Assembly: GCF_037042905.1 (NCBI RefSeq)
Contig: NC_087251.1
Span: forward strand, 3,474,001 to 3,538,000
DNA: 64,000 nucleotides
DNA from: Lytechinus pictus
Lineage: Eukaryota
Reading direction: 5' to 3'
In this document: positions 39,020-51,703 of the stretch, in pieces
Numbering within the stretch: the stretch's first letter is position 1
How the letters are laid out: every line of letters begins with the position of its first letter
Notes under the pieces: model-generated
Told to the model about the DNA's origin: nothing
Database searches by the model: none
The model's input: the letters and a program-made list of their open reading frames with translations, nothing else
Made by a program: the position numbers and the translations under genes

Positions 39020-39337
39020 GTAAGAATTTATACTACATTTAAAACTTTTTTTTTTCATATCAAATAGGCACCTGAAGAGCCTTTCATAAAGCAGTTAGTA
39101 AATGATTTTTCTGAAAACTATTTGAAATCTTTGCATCTTATTGGCTGAGAGCAGAGAGGTAAAATCACTTGCAAGATGCTTTTTGAAATACTCCTTTGAA
39201 GTCAAGGATAAAAAAATATGAAAGTTATTGTGCTTGTGCCAATCAAATGCATTGTCTAAACTATTCTTTATATACCCCTCCAACTGGGTAGGGTTGAAAA
39301 GGACGTGATCCATATTTTAATAATCTATGTTCGGAAT

Positions 39338-39728
39338 CTTCATGCCCCCGCGGGACGAAGTCCGGAGGGGGCATTAAGTGTTGCCCCTGTCCGTCCGTCC
39401 TTCTGTCCGTCCCCCCACTTGGTTTCCATGCAATAATTCAAAAAATATTTAATGTATTTAAAAAAATGTTGTTGTGTAGGTAGATGACACCAAAATACAG
39501 GCCGAATTTGGAGTCTGCAGGTCAAAGGTCACAGCTTATTAAATATGCGAGTTGGTTTCCGCATGATAACTTATGAAATATATTTAACAGATTAAAAAAA
39601 ATTTGGGTGTGTAGGTAGATGACACCAAAATACCGGCTAATTTCGAATTCGGAGTCCGCATGTCAAAGGTCACAGCTCATTGTCTATGCGGGGCATCTGT
39701 GCCCTTTGGACACGTCTAATTTCTAGTT
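39338..39728 (-). mobile_element. Short Helentron/DINE-like element
   Basis: Hairpin atgcccc..ggggcat, (GTCC)n microsatellite, two tandem units, subterminal gcggggcat. Confidence 0.65.
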
Positions 39729-40056
39729 TTCTTTTTATCTTGTTATCTACTCACAAATGACAACAAAGTCTAATTTATTAAAATAAAATAATTACCATTA
39801 ATTTGTCAATATTTTATGTTAAAGAATTTGGTAATCACAAGTTTGTTCCTTGCTTGCTAAACAAATGTGTATTCTTTTTTATTTTTGCTTGTGAATCTTT
39901 GTATCATGTTGATTCATGGATGTTTGTATACATGTGGGTTTTTTTCCTTGATGTTGATGCACAAGTGTATTGTATTTCCATTGAATTGAATACATATCAA
40001 TCCAAATGAGTGTTGTAACACATGTCAACTGAAATTAATCCTTTTCTCTCTAACAG

Positions 40057-40198
40057 ATAAAGTCTACCAATCTTGAAACTCTGAATCTTGGTCAAAACAA
40101 CCTTGGAACCGATGGAATCCATTTCTTGAAGGATGGTCTTATGAAGAATAAAGCTTTGATGAGACTGGGTTTATATGCATGCAAGATATCTGATGAAG
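40057..40198 (+). CDS. PPP1R37: PPP1R37 coding exon 9 (IKSTNLETLNLGQNNLGTDGIHFLKDGLMKNKALMRLGLYACKISDEG)
   Basis: ctaacag| ... G|GTAATG; phase 0 to 1; LETLNLGxN LRR. Confidence 0.92.
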
Positions 40199-40480
40199 GT
40201 AATGAATATACCCAAATAGATTACATTGTCATTGATATTTAGGTATTGAATTATGTAAGTCTTTTGACTATCTTTAGTAGGAGGACTGTTAAAGTTCAAA
40301 GAAACAACTATGAATTTACCCTGCTCTTTTGCTTTAATTGAAATAAGATACACTTTCAATATTTTAATATAGGCTCATAATATTTCTTTGAGCTCTCATG
40401 ATGATTATAATAATAAGTTGTATTTTTTTTACTATTGCCTATTCTAATGGTGCACGATATATAAAACTGTACTGTATTAA

Positions 40481-41106
40481 AGGGATGGTCCAGGCTGGAG
40501 ATATTTATATCTCAATAAATATAGTACAATTCACAAAGCAAAATGCTGAAAATTTGATCAAAATCGGGTAACAAATAACGAAGTTATTGAATTTTAAAGA
40601 TTTGCATATTGAATTTTAAAGATTTGCATAATTCCGGTGAAACAGATCCAGGCATGTCATTATGAATATTCATTAGGTGGGCTGATGATGTCATATTCCC
40701 ACTTGGTCTTTTGTATTTTATTATATGAAATTAGGTTTATTCAAAATTTTTATACCAAGAACTAAAACAATTGGATTGACAACTGATCGAGTGCATTAGT
40801 TATTTATTGCTGCATCTTATTTTATCATAATGGAAACATATCATTTACACATGGATGAAAAAATGAAACATTTATGATTTCGTGTAATAACATAAGAAAA
40901 AGGAAAGTGGAGATGTGACATCATCAGCCCACCTAATGAATATTCATGACCATGTGTATATAACTTTTTTCACAAAATATTGATAAACTTTATAATTCAA
41001 TAACTTTGTTATTTGTTATCCGATTTTGATGAAATTTTCAGCATTTTTCTCTGTGAATTTTACTCTATATATTTAGATATAAATATTTTCAGCCCGGACC
41101 ATCCCT
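40481..41106. mobile_element. Kolobok-like TTAA MITE
   Basis: TTAA|AGGGATGGTCC(A/G)GGCTG...CAGCCCGGACCATCCCT|TTAA; long imperfect inverted arms. Confidence 0.88.
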
Positions 41107-41429
41107 TTAATACATCACATGGATAAGTCGTATAAATTTTTATAATATTTGGTGAGTGTTTGATAATTTCTATGTGTGTGTGTGTACATATTCTAGTTGA
41201 ACTTTATATAAAAAAGGAATCTTTATATCTCCATATTATTTTTTGAAATCATGCTATAAGTTGTTATTACCACCTTCATCACAAAATGTGTAAAATATAT
41301 CTACCTACAATGTAGCTCTCTATGCTTTACTATCAATCCAGGTTTCCCCTATTTTCCTCATTACATTGTGTTCTAATAGTAGATCATCCTTAAACACCTG
41401 GATGGTGGTTTGATTTATTCCTCATGCAG

Positions 41430-41596
41430 GTGCAGTAGCCTTGGCTGAATACCTAGCTGACAACTGTTATCTGATGAGACTTGATTTAAGAGAAAATGAC
41501 ATACGGACCGGAGGCATGATGGCGCTATCACTCTCGTTAAACGTCAATACTATTCTGCTTAGACTAGACCTTGATAAAGATGTCAAGAAAGAATCA
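41430..41596 (+). CDS. PPP1R37: PPP1R37 coding exon 10 (GAVALAEYL...RLDLRENDIRTGGMMALSLSLNVN...LLRLDLDKDVKKES)
   Basis: atgcag| ... TCA|GTAAGC; phase 1 to 0; near-identical to the family motif RLDLRENEIKTGGLMALSLALKVN. Confidence 0.93.
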
Positions 41597-41752
41597 GTAA
41601 GCTCTATTCATCTTTTGTTGTTCCGATTTGCCTCGGTTGCCACAGAGATGTGTTTCATACAATGAGATGATTTTTTTAAATAAAAACCCTGCCTTGTTCA
41701 GTTTATCTGGTTCTGATTTATAGGCAGATACTACCAATCAGAATAAGGTTAA

Positions 41753-42789
41753 AGGGGAATCCAACCCGAACAAAAACTTCTTTTTAGAGGTCTGTTGACA
41801 GGTGAAAGTTTTAGCAATATCGAACAAACATTAAGAAAGTTATGAATATTTAAAAGAGGTAAAATTGGTAATCACTATACACATGGAGACTTCAAATTGG
41901 CCGCATATGTGATGTCACAGTGATGTAAGGCAAGGACTACTCTTCAGTTCCTTGTACTCCAATACATGAAATAGCTAAAATGTTTTTTTTTTTCAAAGGT
42001 TTTACTTCAAATTATTTTTTTTTTCATGGGGACATAAAACAAGATACTACCTGTGTTATATTGAAATTACTGCCCCAAGGGAACGGGTACTTCAGCGAAA
42101 ACCACAAATCCCTGATAATTAAGCTCATGGCCTATCGGAAAGACATTAGTCAGACCTGTAGTTTTCTATGATTGTGAAACATGGAAGATCAACAAAAGTG
42201 ATGAAGAAAAGCTAGATTCGTTTTAATATCAGTGCCAAAAAGAGCACTTCAAATATTCTGGCCAAACATTGGCATGGAGGAGCTCAATGATTTCACTCAA
42301 CTTAATAAAATGAGTCAGTAAGTCAAAAGAAGATGTTGGAATTGGATAGGTCATGTCCTCAAAAAGCAAGATGAGAATCATTGTTACACTGCTCTAACAT
42401 GGAATCCAGGGGGAAAACGTAAAAGGGGTAGACTGAAAACAACAGGGAGGAGAATTGTAGAGAAGGAAAGAAATACCTACGGATGGAAGAGTTGGAATGA
42501 GGCTAGGGGTTGTGCAAGAGACCACCAAAAATGGAAAGAAAGCGTGGAGGCCTTATGTGCCAGAGGGCACGAATGAGGATAGCAGTAGTAGTACTATGGG
42601 AAAGTTGTCCTTGCCCCTTGTTTACTTACCCAGTTGCCAATTTGAAATCTACAGTCTTAGGGATTTCAATTTTAAAGCAGCGATAACTTTCTTATTGCTT
42701 GTCCGATTTCTTTCAAACTTTCACCATTCTGTTTTATTTATTTTTCCCCTTTCCAACACAACCTTTTATTACCAAGGCTGGATTCCCCT
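41753..42789. mobile_element. Kolobok-like TTAA MITE carrying an RTE insertion
   Basis: TTAA|AGGGGAATCCA...TGGATTCCCCT; reverse-oriented relative without the insertion at ~62200-62780. Confidence 0.75.
42143..42593 (+). mobile_element. 5'-truncated RTE-clade LINE
   Basis: Encodes WNWIGHVLKK..ALTWNPGGKRKRGRLKTT..WKSWNEA..ALCARGHE; (AGT)n tail; TSD ctat(c/g)ggaaag. Confidence 0.8.
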
Positions 42790-43102
42790 TAAAGTTTGGC
42801 ATGAGTAGCACAACATAGCCGTTGATTGCTGAATTTGTCTGTTTTAGCAGTTGCACAATGATCAATTGATAAATTAATCCTACAAATATTCCCCCAAAAG
42901 AAACATTGAGTTATATTACTAATATTTTTAAATCATCCATCAAGCATAAATCTGTATTAGTCTTTAATGAGCATTGATAATGTTTCTTGATTTGCTTGAA
43001 GCAAACACACAAGTTTACTATATTTTGTTCAAAATCTGTATATAAAACCCAGGAGGGATTAATTGAAGGCAATATGTTTATTCATTTTCTTTTTTATTAT
43101 AG

Positions 43103-44069
43103 CTCAAAGGGTATGAAGAACTCCAACAATCTCTCCTGTCTGAAATATGCAGTCACCTCTCACGGAATCGAACTATCCTTGAACATCATCAAAAAGAAGA
43201 GGAGGAGCGAGCAAAGAATGCCTATGCAAATCAAAAGGCACAATCAGAAAAGACAGACAATGAAATAGTTAATGCAACTTCAGATCCCAAAGTTAATGAA
43301 ATGAGTAGACAGGAAGTAGTAAGAGATACTAGGGACCCTTTGATGGGCATTGAGAGTGCTCAAGAGGCACTTGTGGTCTTAGGAAGCAGACCTAAAAGTG
43401 GGCAAAAGACCCAGAAACCAAGCAAAGATGTCAAACCACAAGAAGTAGGAGGATCAAGCATTGTGAGTGGTCTAGAACAAAACGGGGAAGTAAAAGAAAT
43501 TTTGCCATCGTCTATGCTATTAGTAACTTCAGCAATACCATTACAGAGTCATTCAGAAGGAGAATCAATATCAACTCAAGAACTTTCATCAGAAGTATCA
43601 TCATCTTCATTATCTACAGTCTCTGCTTCCAGTTTACCATCAAGTCAACCCCAAACAGCTCCTGAAGGAGAGAATCTTTTCAACTCTGATCACTCACCAT
43701 CAGTCATTCCGTTGCTTGCTCATAGCTCGAGAAGTGGAAGTATTACAAAAATTGAAATCCCCAAGGACGAATCTAAACTTCTTCACAGTGACAGCATCGA
43801 TGTCGAATCTCCAACATCTCCTACGAACTTGAAACCATTGGATATTCCCAGTGCAATCCCAGATGTCAATGAAGAACAAGTGGGGCAATCAGTAGGAGTG
43901 AAGACGGTTGTTGGGAGGGCGATCGGAGAAGCAGGAGAGGTACCGAGTCCTGATACAGAACCGTTCGGAAGAGGGGTGCCATTGAATATAGATGGAAAGA
44001 TCGGAAATAGACTAATGGCTGGAATGACTGAGAATCTATTTGTACCAGTGCAATCTGGAAAGATTAATG
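43103..44069 (+). CDS. PPP1R37: PPP1R37 coding exon 11 (LKGYEELQQSLLSEI... coiled segment plus long Ser/Pro/Glu-rich tail); reads on to a stop at 44074 if unspliced
   Basis: Acceptor tttttattatag|; in frame with ORF 43301-44074; ends G|GTTAGT. Confidence 0.8.
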
Positions 44070-45653
44070 GTTAGTATTAGAATCAGTGTACAGTCTGTAA
44101 AGCTGTATTCAATTTTGTTCTTTGTGATCCAGATATCACATTACAGTAATCCTTATTTAGTGGTCATGATAATACTGATATAGTACACATTTAAGATGCT
44201 TTCTGTTCTATAGAATGTGGAATTGAATAGAGTGACATTATAGTTTCATAGTGACTTTCATCTTTTTGATGTATGAGTGTATATGATGCATTTTTATGAA
44301 ATATTTGTGATTAGATTATTTTGTTCACTTATCTTGGAGATGGAATGTTACTATTTACCCGTCAGTATTATATAGAAAAAGGAAAAATTACAAGAAAAAA
44401 GGATAACTTTGAAAACTCTTTAACATGCTGCAGTCACCAATTGGCAGCAAATATTTTGCATCCCATAGACCTGTAATTCATTTAACGTGATAAGAGTGTA
44501 ATAACATTTAAGGTTTCTATCTTTAGTACAAAAGCACGCCATTCATGTTCATTGTTGTCACTCATTTGCATTAATTCTGAGTAATTGGTTGACCAAGTCT
44601 ACTCAACACCATGCATCAATAACTATGTTGTCTTTCAAAGTGATTAAGAAACCATGTTCAATCACTAGTTTTGCATGCATAGCAGAGCGAAACCAGAGGC
44701 AATGCATTTCCGATGGCAGCGGCATTGTCAACATTAAAATCTTAACCTAAGATTAAGTTTTTGAAATGTCATTATAACTTAAAAAGTATTTAGAACTAGT
44801 TCATGAAACTTGGACATAAAAGGTAATCAAGTATTACTGAACATCCTGCCCGAGTTTCAGGTCACATGACCAAGGTCTAAGGTCATTTAGGGTCAATGAA
44901 CTTTAGGCAATGGGGAGGGGTATTTGTTGAATTGCCATCATAACTTTGAAAGTTTATGAATCTAATTCATCAAACTTGGACAAAAGAGTAATCAAGTATA
45001 ATGAACCAGCCCGGGCAAGTTTCAGGTCACATGACCAAGGTCAAAGCTCATTTAGAGTCAATGAACTTAGATTATGTTGGGGGAATCAAAACAAAATCTT
45101 TAATGAGGTTAATTTTTGTTTCGCTTGAACGAAGTTGGGCAGAGACCTAGTAACCACTTTTCCTGTTGGTCTGTTAAAAAATGTTAAAGTTTTTGTAAAC
45201 TCTCTAATTTCTTTATTTTTGCATCAATTATGTTCATATTTTGTACATATGATCCTTGGGTAATACCACATATAACCTCATGAGAATGATGGGGTCAAAA
45301 GTCATCTATGGGTCAAAAGGTCAAATGATAAGAGGTCATGCATGTTCATCCTTTTTAAAAGTTTTTGTTCAACTTGCTCTCATTTCTTTATTTGTGCAGG
45401 AGAGACCTAGTAATCACTTTTCCTGTTGGTCTATTGGTCCATTGGTCTTTTCGAAAATATTAGTTTTTGTTCAACTTGCTCTCATTTCTTTATTTTTGGA
45501 TCAATTATGTTCATACTTGGTACATATGATCCTTGGGTAAAACCACATGTAAACCCTTGATAATGATAGGATCAAATGTCATCTAGGGGTCAAAAGGTCA
45601 AATGAGATGAGGTCATAATCCTTTTTAGCAGTTTTTGTTCAACTTGCTCTCAT

Positions 45654-46313
45654 CCCGGGGGGGTCACTCTCCACATGGCCTGCTATGCACCAGCGTCCAG
45701 AAAAAGCGTCGAAAAGGGTCCCGTTTCAGGCACTCTGGCGGCGTCGACGTCTTTGGCAAAAAGGGTTGTATTTCATCACCATTCGCTCGTAAATCGCCAA
45801 TAAGGGTAGCCTTTTCTTTCTCCCATCACGCCGTTTAGGGTTGGTTATGAAAATTACGCCATTTAGGGGTGCAAATTTGAGGAGACCCGGGAGCAGACCT
45901 AATATATATACACCATGAAAGGCGATTTGCAAAACAATCCTCCCACACGCCGGCGCGGCCAGCGCAGCACTTATGAGAGCATGGACCTACATGTATTAGG
46001 TCCATGATGAGAGTTACCCCCGTACAGTTCTAGCTAGTCTCTTACACCTGGCTCTATACTAGGCAGCATGCGTTACCCACACGGTCCACATGTATCACAT
46101 TAATCGATTTTGATGTTTACGCCACTTAAGGTATCAAATTAGGGGATTTCCCTGTTCACGCCACTTAGGGTGGCTTTTCTCATGGGTTACGCCGTTTAGG
46201 GTTGCAAATTTACATAATGTCATTACGCCGTTTAAGGTGCATTTCTGAGGTTGTCGGACACGGGTGGGTAGCAGTCCATGTGGAAAGTGACCCCCCCCCC
46301 CCCCCCCCCGTGG
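45654..46313. mobile_element. MITE with poly-G/poly-C TIR (CCCGGGGGGGTCACT.TCCACATGG)
   Basis: Inverted ends; possible 6-bp TSD tctcat/tcttat; internal acgccgtttaggg repeats. Confidence 0.65.
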
Positions 46314-46444
46314 TCTTATTTCTTTATTTCTGCATTAATTTTGATCACACTTGGTACAAATGATCCTTGTAATACCACATGTGTGATGTTGAGGAAGATG
46401 GGTTCAAAAGGTTAAGTTTTTGTTCAAATTGCTCTCATTTTCAT

Positions 46445-47456
46445 GGAGCGTTGTGGCTGAGTGGATTAGTCTTTGAAACAGAGGGTCGTGGGTTCTAATC
46501 CCAGCCATGGTGTAATTTCCTTCAGCAAGAAATTCATCCACATTGTGCTGCACTCAACCCAGGTGAGATGAATGGGTACCTGGCAGGAATCTATTCCTTG
46601 AAATGTCACTGCGCTGTAAAAGTCTGCGGGGCTTAACCCTATCTAGGCCTGGGTATTCTTGGAGTTCATATGGCCGGGGGGGGGGGGGGGGCCTCCCAGG
46701 CCCCCCCTTGAGATCTCGGTCATCAACCGCGCGATCGCGCTGAAATTTGGCACGCAGGTTGTCTGGGATATAATCTACAAAATTGTATAGTAATTTATTT
46801 CATGCGAATTGTTATTAAGTAATTATGCTAATTTATCATACTTTATCCTCTAACTCCATAAATAAAGCTCCAAATGTTCTAATTTTTGGCATAGAAACTC
46901 TTTGTGGTGTTCTTAGCAAGTTTACATGAAAAAAATAGTGATATCAGATCAATTTCTTATGTATTATATTGTTTTTTGTAATTTCTTATGTATTTCTTTG
47001 TTTTTTGGACCCTTTGTTTTTCATTGTTTTTTCAATGAAATTCGTTGGGGACTCTTCTAAGACAGCAAAACTAAAAATAATGATACATTTATGATTTTAG
47101 GTTGAAAACACAATTAAAATTGACTTTGTACACGAAATCATGTTTTTGAGCAATTTTTGGTCTGACATGCACTTACATAACGTTGCGTAATTTCAGAACC
47201 GAGTACCCGGGTGACGCAAAATTGGTCTCAAAAGTTGCGCAAGACTTGAAAGTAAAAAGTCAGCGAGCAGCGCGGTCAAAAAAATTTGCGCTGCGAAAAT
47301 ACCGCGCGACTTGTTGAGGGGGGGCCTCAGAGGCCCCCCCTCCCCGGCCTAGATAGGGTTAAGCCAGGGTAATAATATCCAAGTCCTTTGTAAGGGCATA
47401 GAAACGTTATGACATAATGTGATATGTGCTATACAAGAACGGCGCTATTATTATTT
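46445..47456 (+). mobile_element. tRNA-derived SINE split by a piggyBac-type MITE
   Basis: Degenerate A box tggctgagtgg and B box ggttctaatccc; body ctcaacccaggtg..aatgggtacc; resumes after 47362; (ATT)n tail. Confidence 0.7.
46637..47358. mobile_element. piggyBac-type MITE
   Basis: TTAA|CCCTATCTAGGCC...GGCCTAGATAGGG|TTAA. Confidence 0.9.
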
Positions 47457-48260
47457 CCTTATTTCTGCATCAGTTATGTTCACAATTGGTACAAAATGAT
47501 CCTTGGGTATCCACATGTGTGTTCTTGAGGATGTTAAGGTCAAAGGTCATCTAGGGGTCAAAAGTTTCATCAAGTATCAGTGAATATCCACATGACCAAG
47601 GCCAAAGGTCATTTAACTTCAATGAACTTTGGCCATCATAATTTGAAAGTTGATGGATATAATTCATGAAATGTGGACATAGGGGTAATCTAGTATTACT
47701 GTTAATCTTGCACAAGTCTTAGGTCACATGATCAAGGTCTAATGTCATTTAGGGTCGATAAACATAGTATTTGATCATCATGTGAATGGTGTTTTTCATG
47801 AACAGTTTTCTATAGTCATTTTCAAAGTCAGCACTGCTGCTATATTGAATTGTGAAATGCAGGTGAGACTGCCAGAGGCACTCCACTTGTTTCATTGGAT
47901 CTCACTTGTAGTACTCCTGATTAATCCTCATTCATGTATTGGGGATTCATCATACAGTTAAATATAGCTTGAATTTTTCAGTTATCACTCCTATCGCGTG
48001 CTATCTAGGAATAAGTTGTTGACCTGCAAGGAAATGTTAGGCCTCTCATAATAAATAAGATTTGATGGCACAGGTATTTTGAAATGCATGCATTGAGCAG
48101 GATTATGACAAATGTACCAGTCATATCCAGAGTTTCAAAGATTCAGTGTAAGCTAGCAGTCCCATTGTGAGATTTTGTCATTAATTGATATACTATTGCT
48201 TTTACATCAAATTTGAGTGGTATAATATTCATATATTATAATATTTCTCTTCATGTCTAG

Positions 48261-48331
48261 TTGACCCAGAACCTTCACCAGACTTGGAGAGGGATATTGA
48301 TCATATGCTTGCTGCTGCTCATGGCTTATAG
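48261..48331 (+). CDS. PPP1R37: Probable terminal coding exon 12 of PPP1R37 ((V)DPEPSPDLERDIDHMLAAAHGL*)
   Basis: Acceptor ttctcttcatgtctag|; phase-1 compatible with exon 11; acidic helix reminiscent of the vertebrate C-terminal EKELEELLLEA; donor aaag|GTAATA follows 4 nt after the stop. Confidence 0.6.
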
Positions 48332-48567
48332 AAAGGTAATATGGTACAGGGTTAATCCAGGCAATTATTAGAAAGGAGCGGAAACTCTTCTAATTTAGGC
48401 AAATGCATTGACGTGTTGTAACAATGGGATTCATAACATTCCACTTGGCTTTGAGTTTCCATTCGACACACTGTTCTTTTGTTAATGTGATTTTCAGAAG
48501 CCCAGTACCAGTTTTGATTTTATAAAATTGATGGTGAAATTTGCTATATAAATTAAAAAGCTCATGA

Positions 48568-51386
48568 TAGTAGAGCGGATTAGCCGAACAATTGTGCAAA
48601 TTATGACTAAAGCATGAAACTTTCACAAGTATTAGTATATAACGTAAGATTTATTTTAAAGATGGGAGGTAAATTTATAAATGCCATTTTCGGCCGTTGC
48701 CATGGCAACGGATTAAATTCTCCAAAATAACATGCATTCCCATGTAAATGGTAAATAAACATGATATAGATGACAAAAATGATAATTTTCAGGCTCCCAA
48801 TTGAATACATATGAAATTTAGAAATATTCAAGATCATCAAGAAAGTTCCAATTGGTCCGTTGCCATGGCAACGGCTTGTTTTTCCCCAGAAAAGTAAAAA
48901 ATTTGATTTAAAATACGTTGTAGAATATGATTTATCTTTAATTTCCCCTAACTTTACAGTGCTTATCGAAGATATTTTGGTTGCTAAATGTGTAAATTAC
49001 ATCTCAAGCCATTGCCATGGCAACCAAATAACATCTAATTTACAAAAATATCATGTTTGACAAGACAATGGACAGGTGGAAAATACAAGTGGAAGTAACT
49101 TAATCTGTATGCTTAAGATTTGACCCCCTTATTTGAACAAAAAATACAGAAAGTGTTCTGCAGGAGTTCTTTATAAAGATAAAAATTAATGTTGCCTTGG
49201 TAAAGCTTGAATTAAATTAAAAAATAAACAATTTTGCAAAGGACCCGTTGCCATGGCAACATCTTATTTCCCTCGAGAAAAGTAAAAATATTGATAAAAA
49301 TGTAAAATACATGTACAGTAAGATCATCATTCCATTTTCCCTAATTTCAAGGTACTAATCGAGATATGTTTGTGACTAAATTTTATAAATATAACATCTT
49401 AAGCCATTGCCATGGCAACCAAATAACATCTAATTTTTTTAAAAAGTGGATGATAAGGTTAAAAACAGGTGAAAGATACAATGAATATTAACTTAATGTG
49501 CATTCGTAAGGTCTGACCTACTCAATTAATTTAGGGGAAAATAATACAGTCAGTGTTCTGCATGAACTAAATTAGAATGATAAACATTGATGTTGCCTTG
49601 GTAATACTTGAATTCAACAATAAATATCAATATTCAAAATGGCCTGTTGCCATAGCAACATATCATTTAGTATCAGTTTTGATTAAAAAAGGGACTGTAG
49701 AATCTGATTTTTCTTGCATTTCCCCTAATCTTTGTGTGCTAAACATCGATATGTTTGATGCAAAATGTATAAATAACATCAGAAGCTATTGCCATGGCAA
49801 CCAGATAATATCTAATACTAAAAAATAATGATTTGGATGACAAGATTTTGGACAGGTGGAAAATACAAATACAAATAACTCAATATGCGAAAGGTTTGGC
49901 CAGTCATTTAATTTCGAACAAAAATTTCAGTGAGAGTTCTGTATGAGTTCATCAGAAAAATAAAATTATGTTGCCTTGGTAATACTTACATTTTATGATA
50001 AATATTAGTGTTTCAAATGTCCCGAAACATTGTAATCTTTGTTCAAAATTAAATGACTGGGTCAAACCTTGAGTTAATTGTTATAAATTGCATTTTCCAC
50101 CTGTCCATTATCATGTCAACCATGTTATATTTTTTTTCAAATTAGATGTTACTTGGTTGCCATGACAATGGATTTATTTGTTATTTGCATGTTAACAGCA
50201 AACATATTTATTCTTACCCTAAAGTTAAGGGAAATGAAAGAAAAATCAGATTATACAGTCCTTTTTAAAAATCAAAACTGCTACTGTTCTTGGGTAAATG
50301 ATCCGTTGCTATGGCAACAGGCCATTTGGAACATTGATATTTATCTTTAAATTCAAGTATTACCAAGGCAACGTCAATGTTTATTATTTTAATTAGTTCA
50401 TGCAGAACACTGACTGTATTATTTTCCCCTAAATTAGTTGAGTAGGTCAGACCTTACGAATGCACATTAAGTTAATATTCAATGTATCTTTCACCTGTTT
50501 TTAACCTTATCATCCACTTTAAAAAAAAATTAGATGTTATTTGGTTGCCATGGCAATGGCTTAAGATGTTATATTTATAAAATTTAGTCACAAACATATC
50601 TCGATTAGTACCTTGAAATTAGGGAAAATGGAATGATGATCATACCGTACATGTATTCTACATTTTTATCAATATTTTTACCTTTTTAGAGGGAAATAAG
50701 CTGTTGCCATGGCAACGAGCCCTTTGTAAAATTGTTCCTTTTTAAATTCAATTCAAGCATTTCCAAAGCAACATAATATTTTATCTTTATAAAGAACTCC
50801 TGGAGAACAATTTTGTATTTTTTGTTCAAACGAGGGGGTCATAACTTAAGCATACAGATTAAATCAATTCCAATTGTATTTTCCACCTATCCATTGTCTT
50901 GACAACCATGTTATTTTTGTAAATTAGATGTTATTTGGTTGCCATGGCAATGGCTTGAGATGTAATTTACACATTTAGCAACCAAAATATCTTTGTTAAG
51001 CACTGTAAAATTAGGGGAAATTAAAGATATATCATATTCTACAACTTTTTTAAATCAAAATGTTTATTTTTCTGGGGAAAAACAAGCCGTTGCCATGGCC
51101 ATCTTGATGATCTTGAATATTTCTAAATTTCATATGTATTCAATTGGGAGCCTGAAAATTATAATTTTGGTCATCTATATCATGTTTATTTACCATTTAT
51201 ATGGGAATGTATGTTGTTTTGGAGAAATTAATCCGTTGCCATGGCAACGGCCGAAAATGGCATTTATAAATTTACCTCCCATCTTTAAAATAAATCTTAT
51301 GGCATATACTAATACTTGTGAAAGTTTTATGCTTTAGTCAAAATTTGCACAATTGTTGTGATTTTTGGAGCTAATCCGCTCTACTA
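48568..51386. mobile_element. 2.8-kb palindromic non-autonomous DNA transposon, Academ-like
   Basis: Terminal TAGTAGAGCGGATTAGC / GCTAATCCGCTCTACTA; 3-bp TSD TGA; arms inverted over >1 kb and built of ~390-bp subrepeats. TAG...CTA ends with short TSDs fit Academ. Confidence 0.78.
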
Positions 51387-51703
51387 TGAATGGTTTGTTT
51401 TAGAAATAGGACACTAAACCTGTTTTTAAAATTTAGCTTTCTGCCCATCTCATAATTTGTGTACCAGAGTCAATAAAAAGAAAATTAAGACTCTTGCAGA
51501 AATTTAAAATTTGAATATGTTCGGATCGTTTGGACACATTGTAATGTCCTGTCATTTAATTCATGATTTACAATCTTGGATATAAGGTTCTTTGTTTGTG
51601 CATGTTTATTTTGTTTTGTTTTTTTATAATTTGCAGTTGAAAAGAGTATGAAACTACAAAAGTTTGCTATTGCCCATGAAAGTTGCTGAGATATGGTGTT
51701 CTA

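Larger units (their letters stand above)
44670..47890 (-). mobile_element. Helentron-type element (reverse relative of 7796-8440) containing a nested stack
   Basis: 47820-47890 is the reverse complement of 7796-7865 (gcaggtgagactgccagaggc..cacttgt); tandem units at 44770-45070 and 47570-47760. Confidence 0.7.

Noticed and set aside
48607..51337. Paired ORFs MILNISKFHMYSIG... on opposite strands
   Set aside because: Mirror translations of the long TIRs; no transposase or other recognisable motif.
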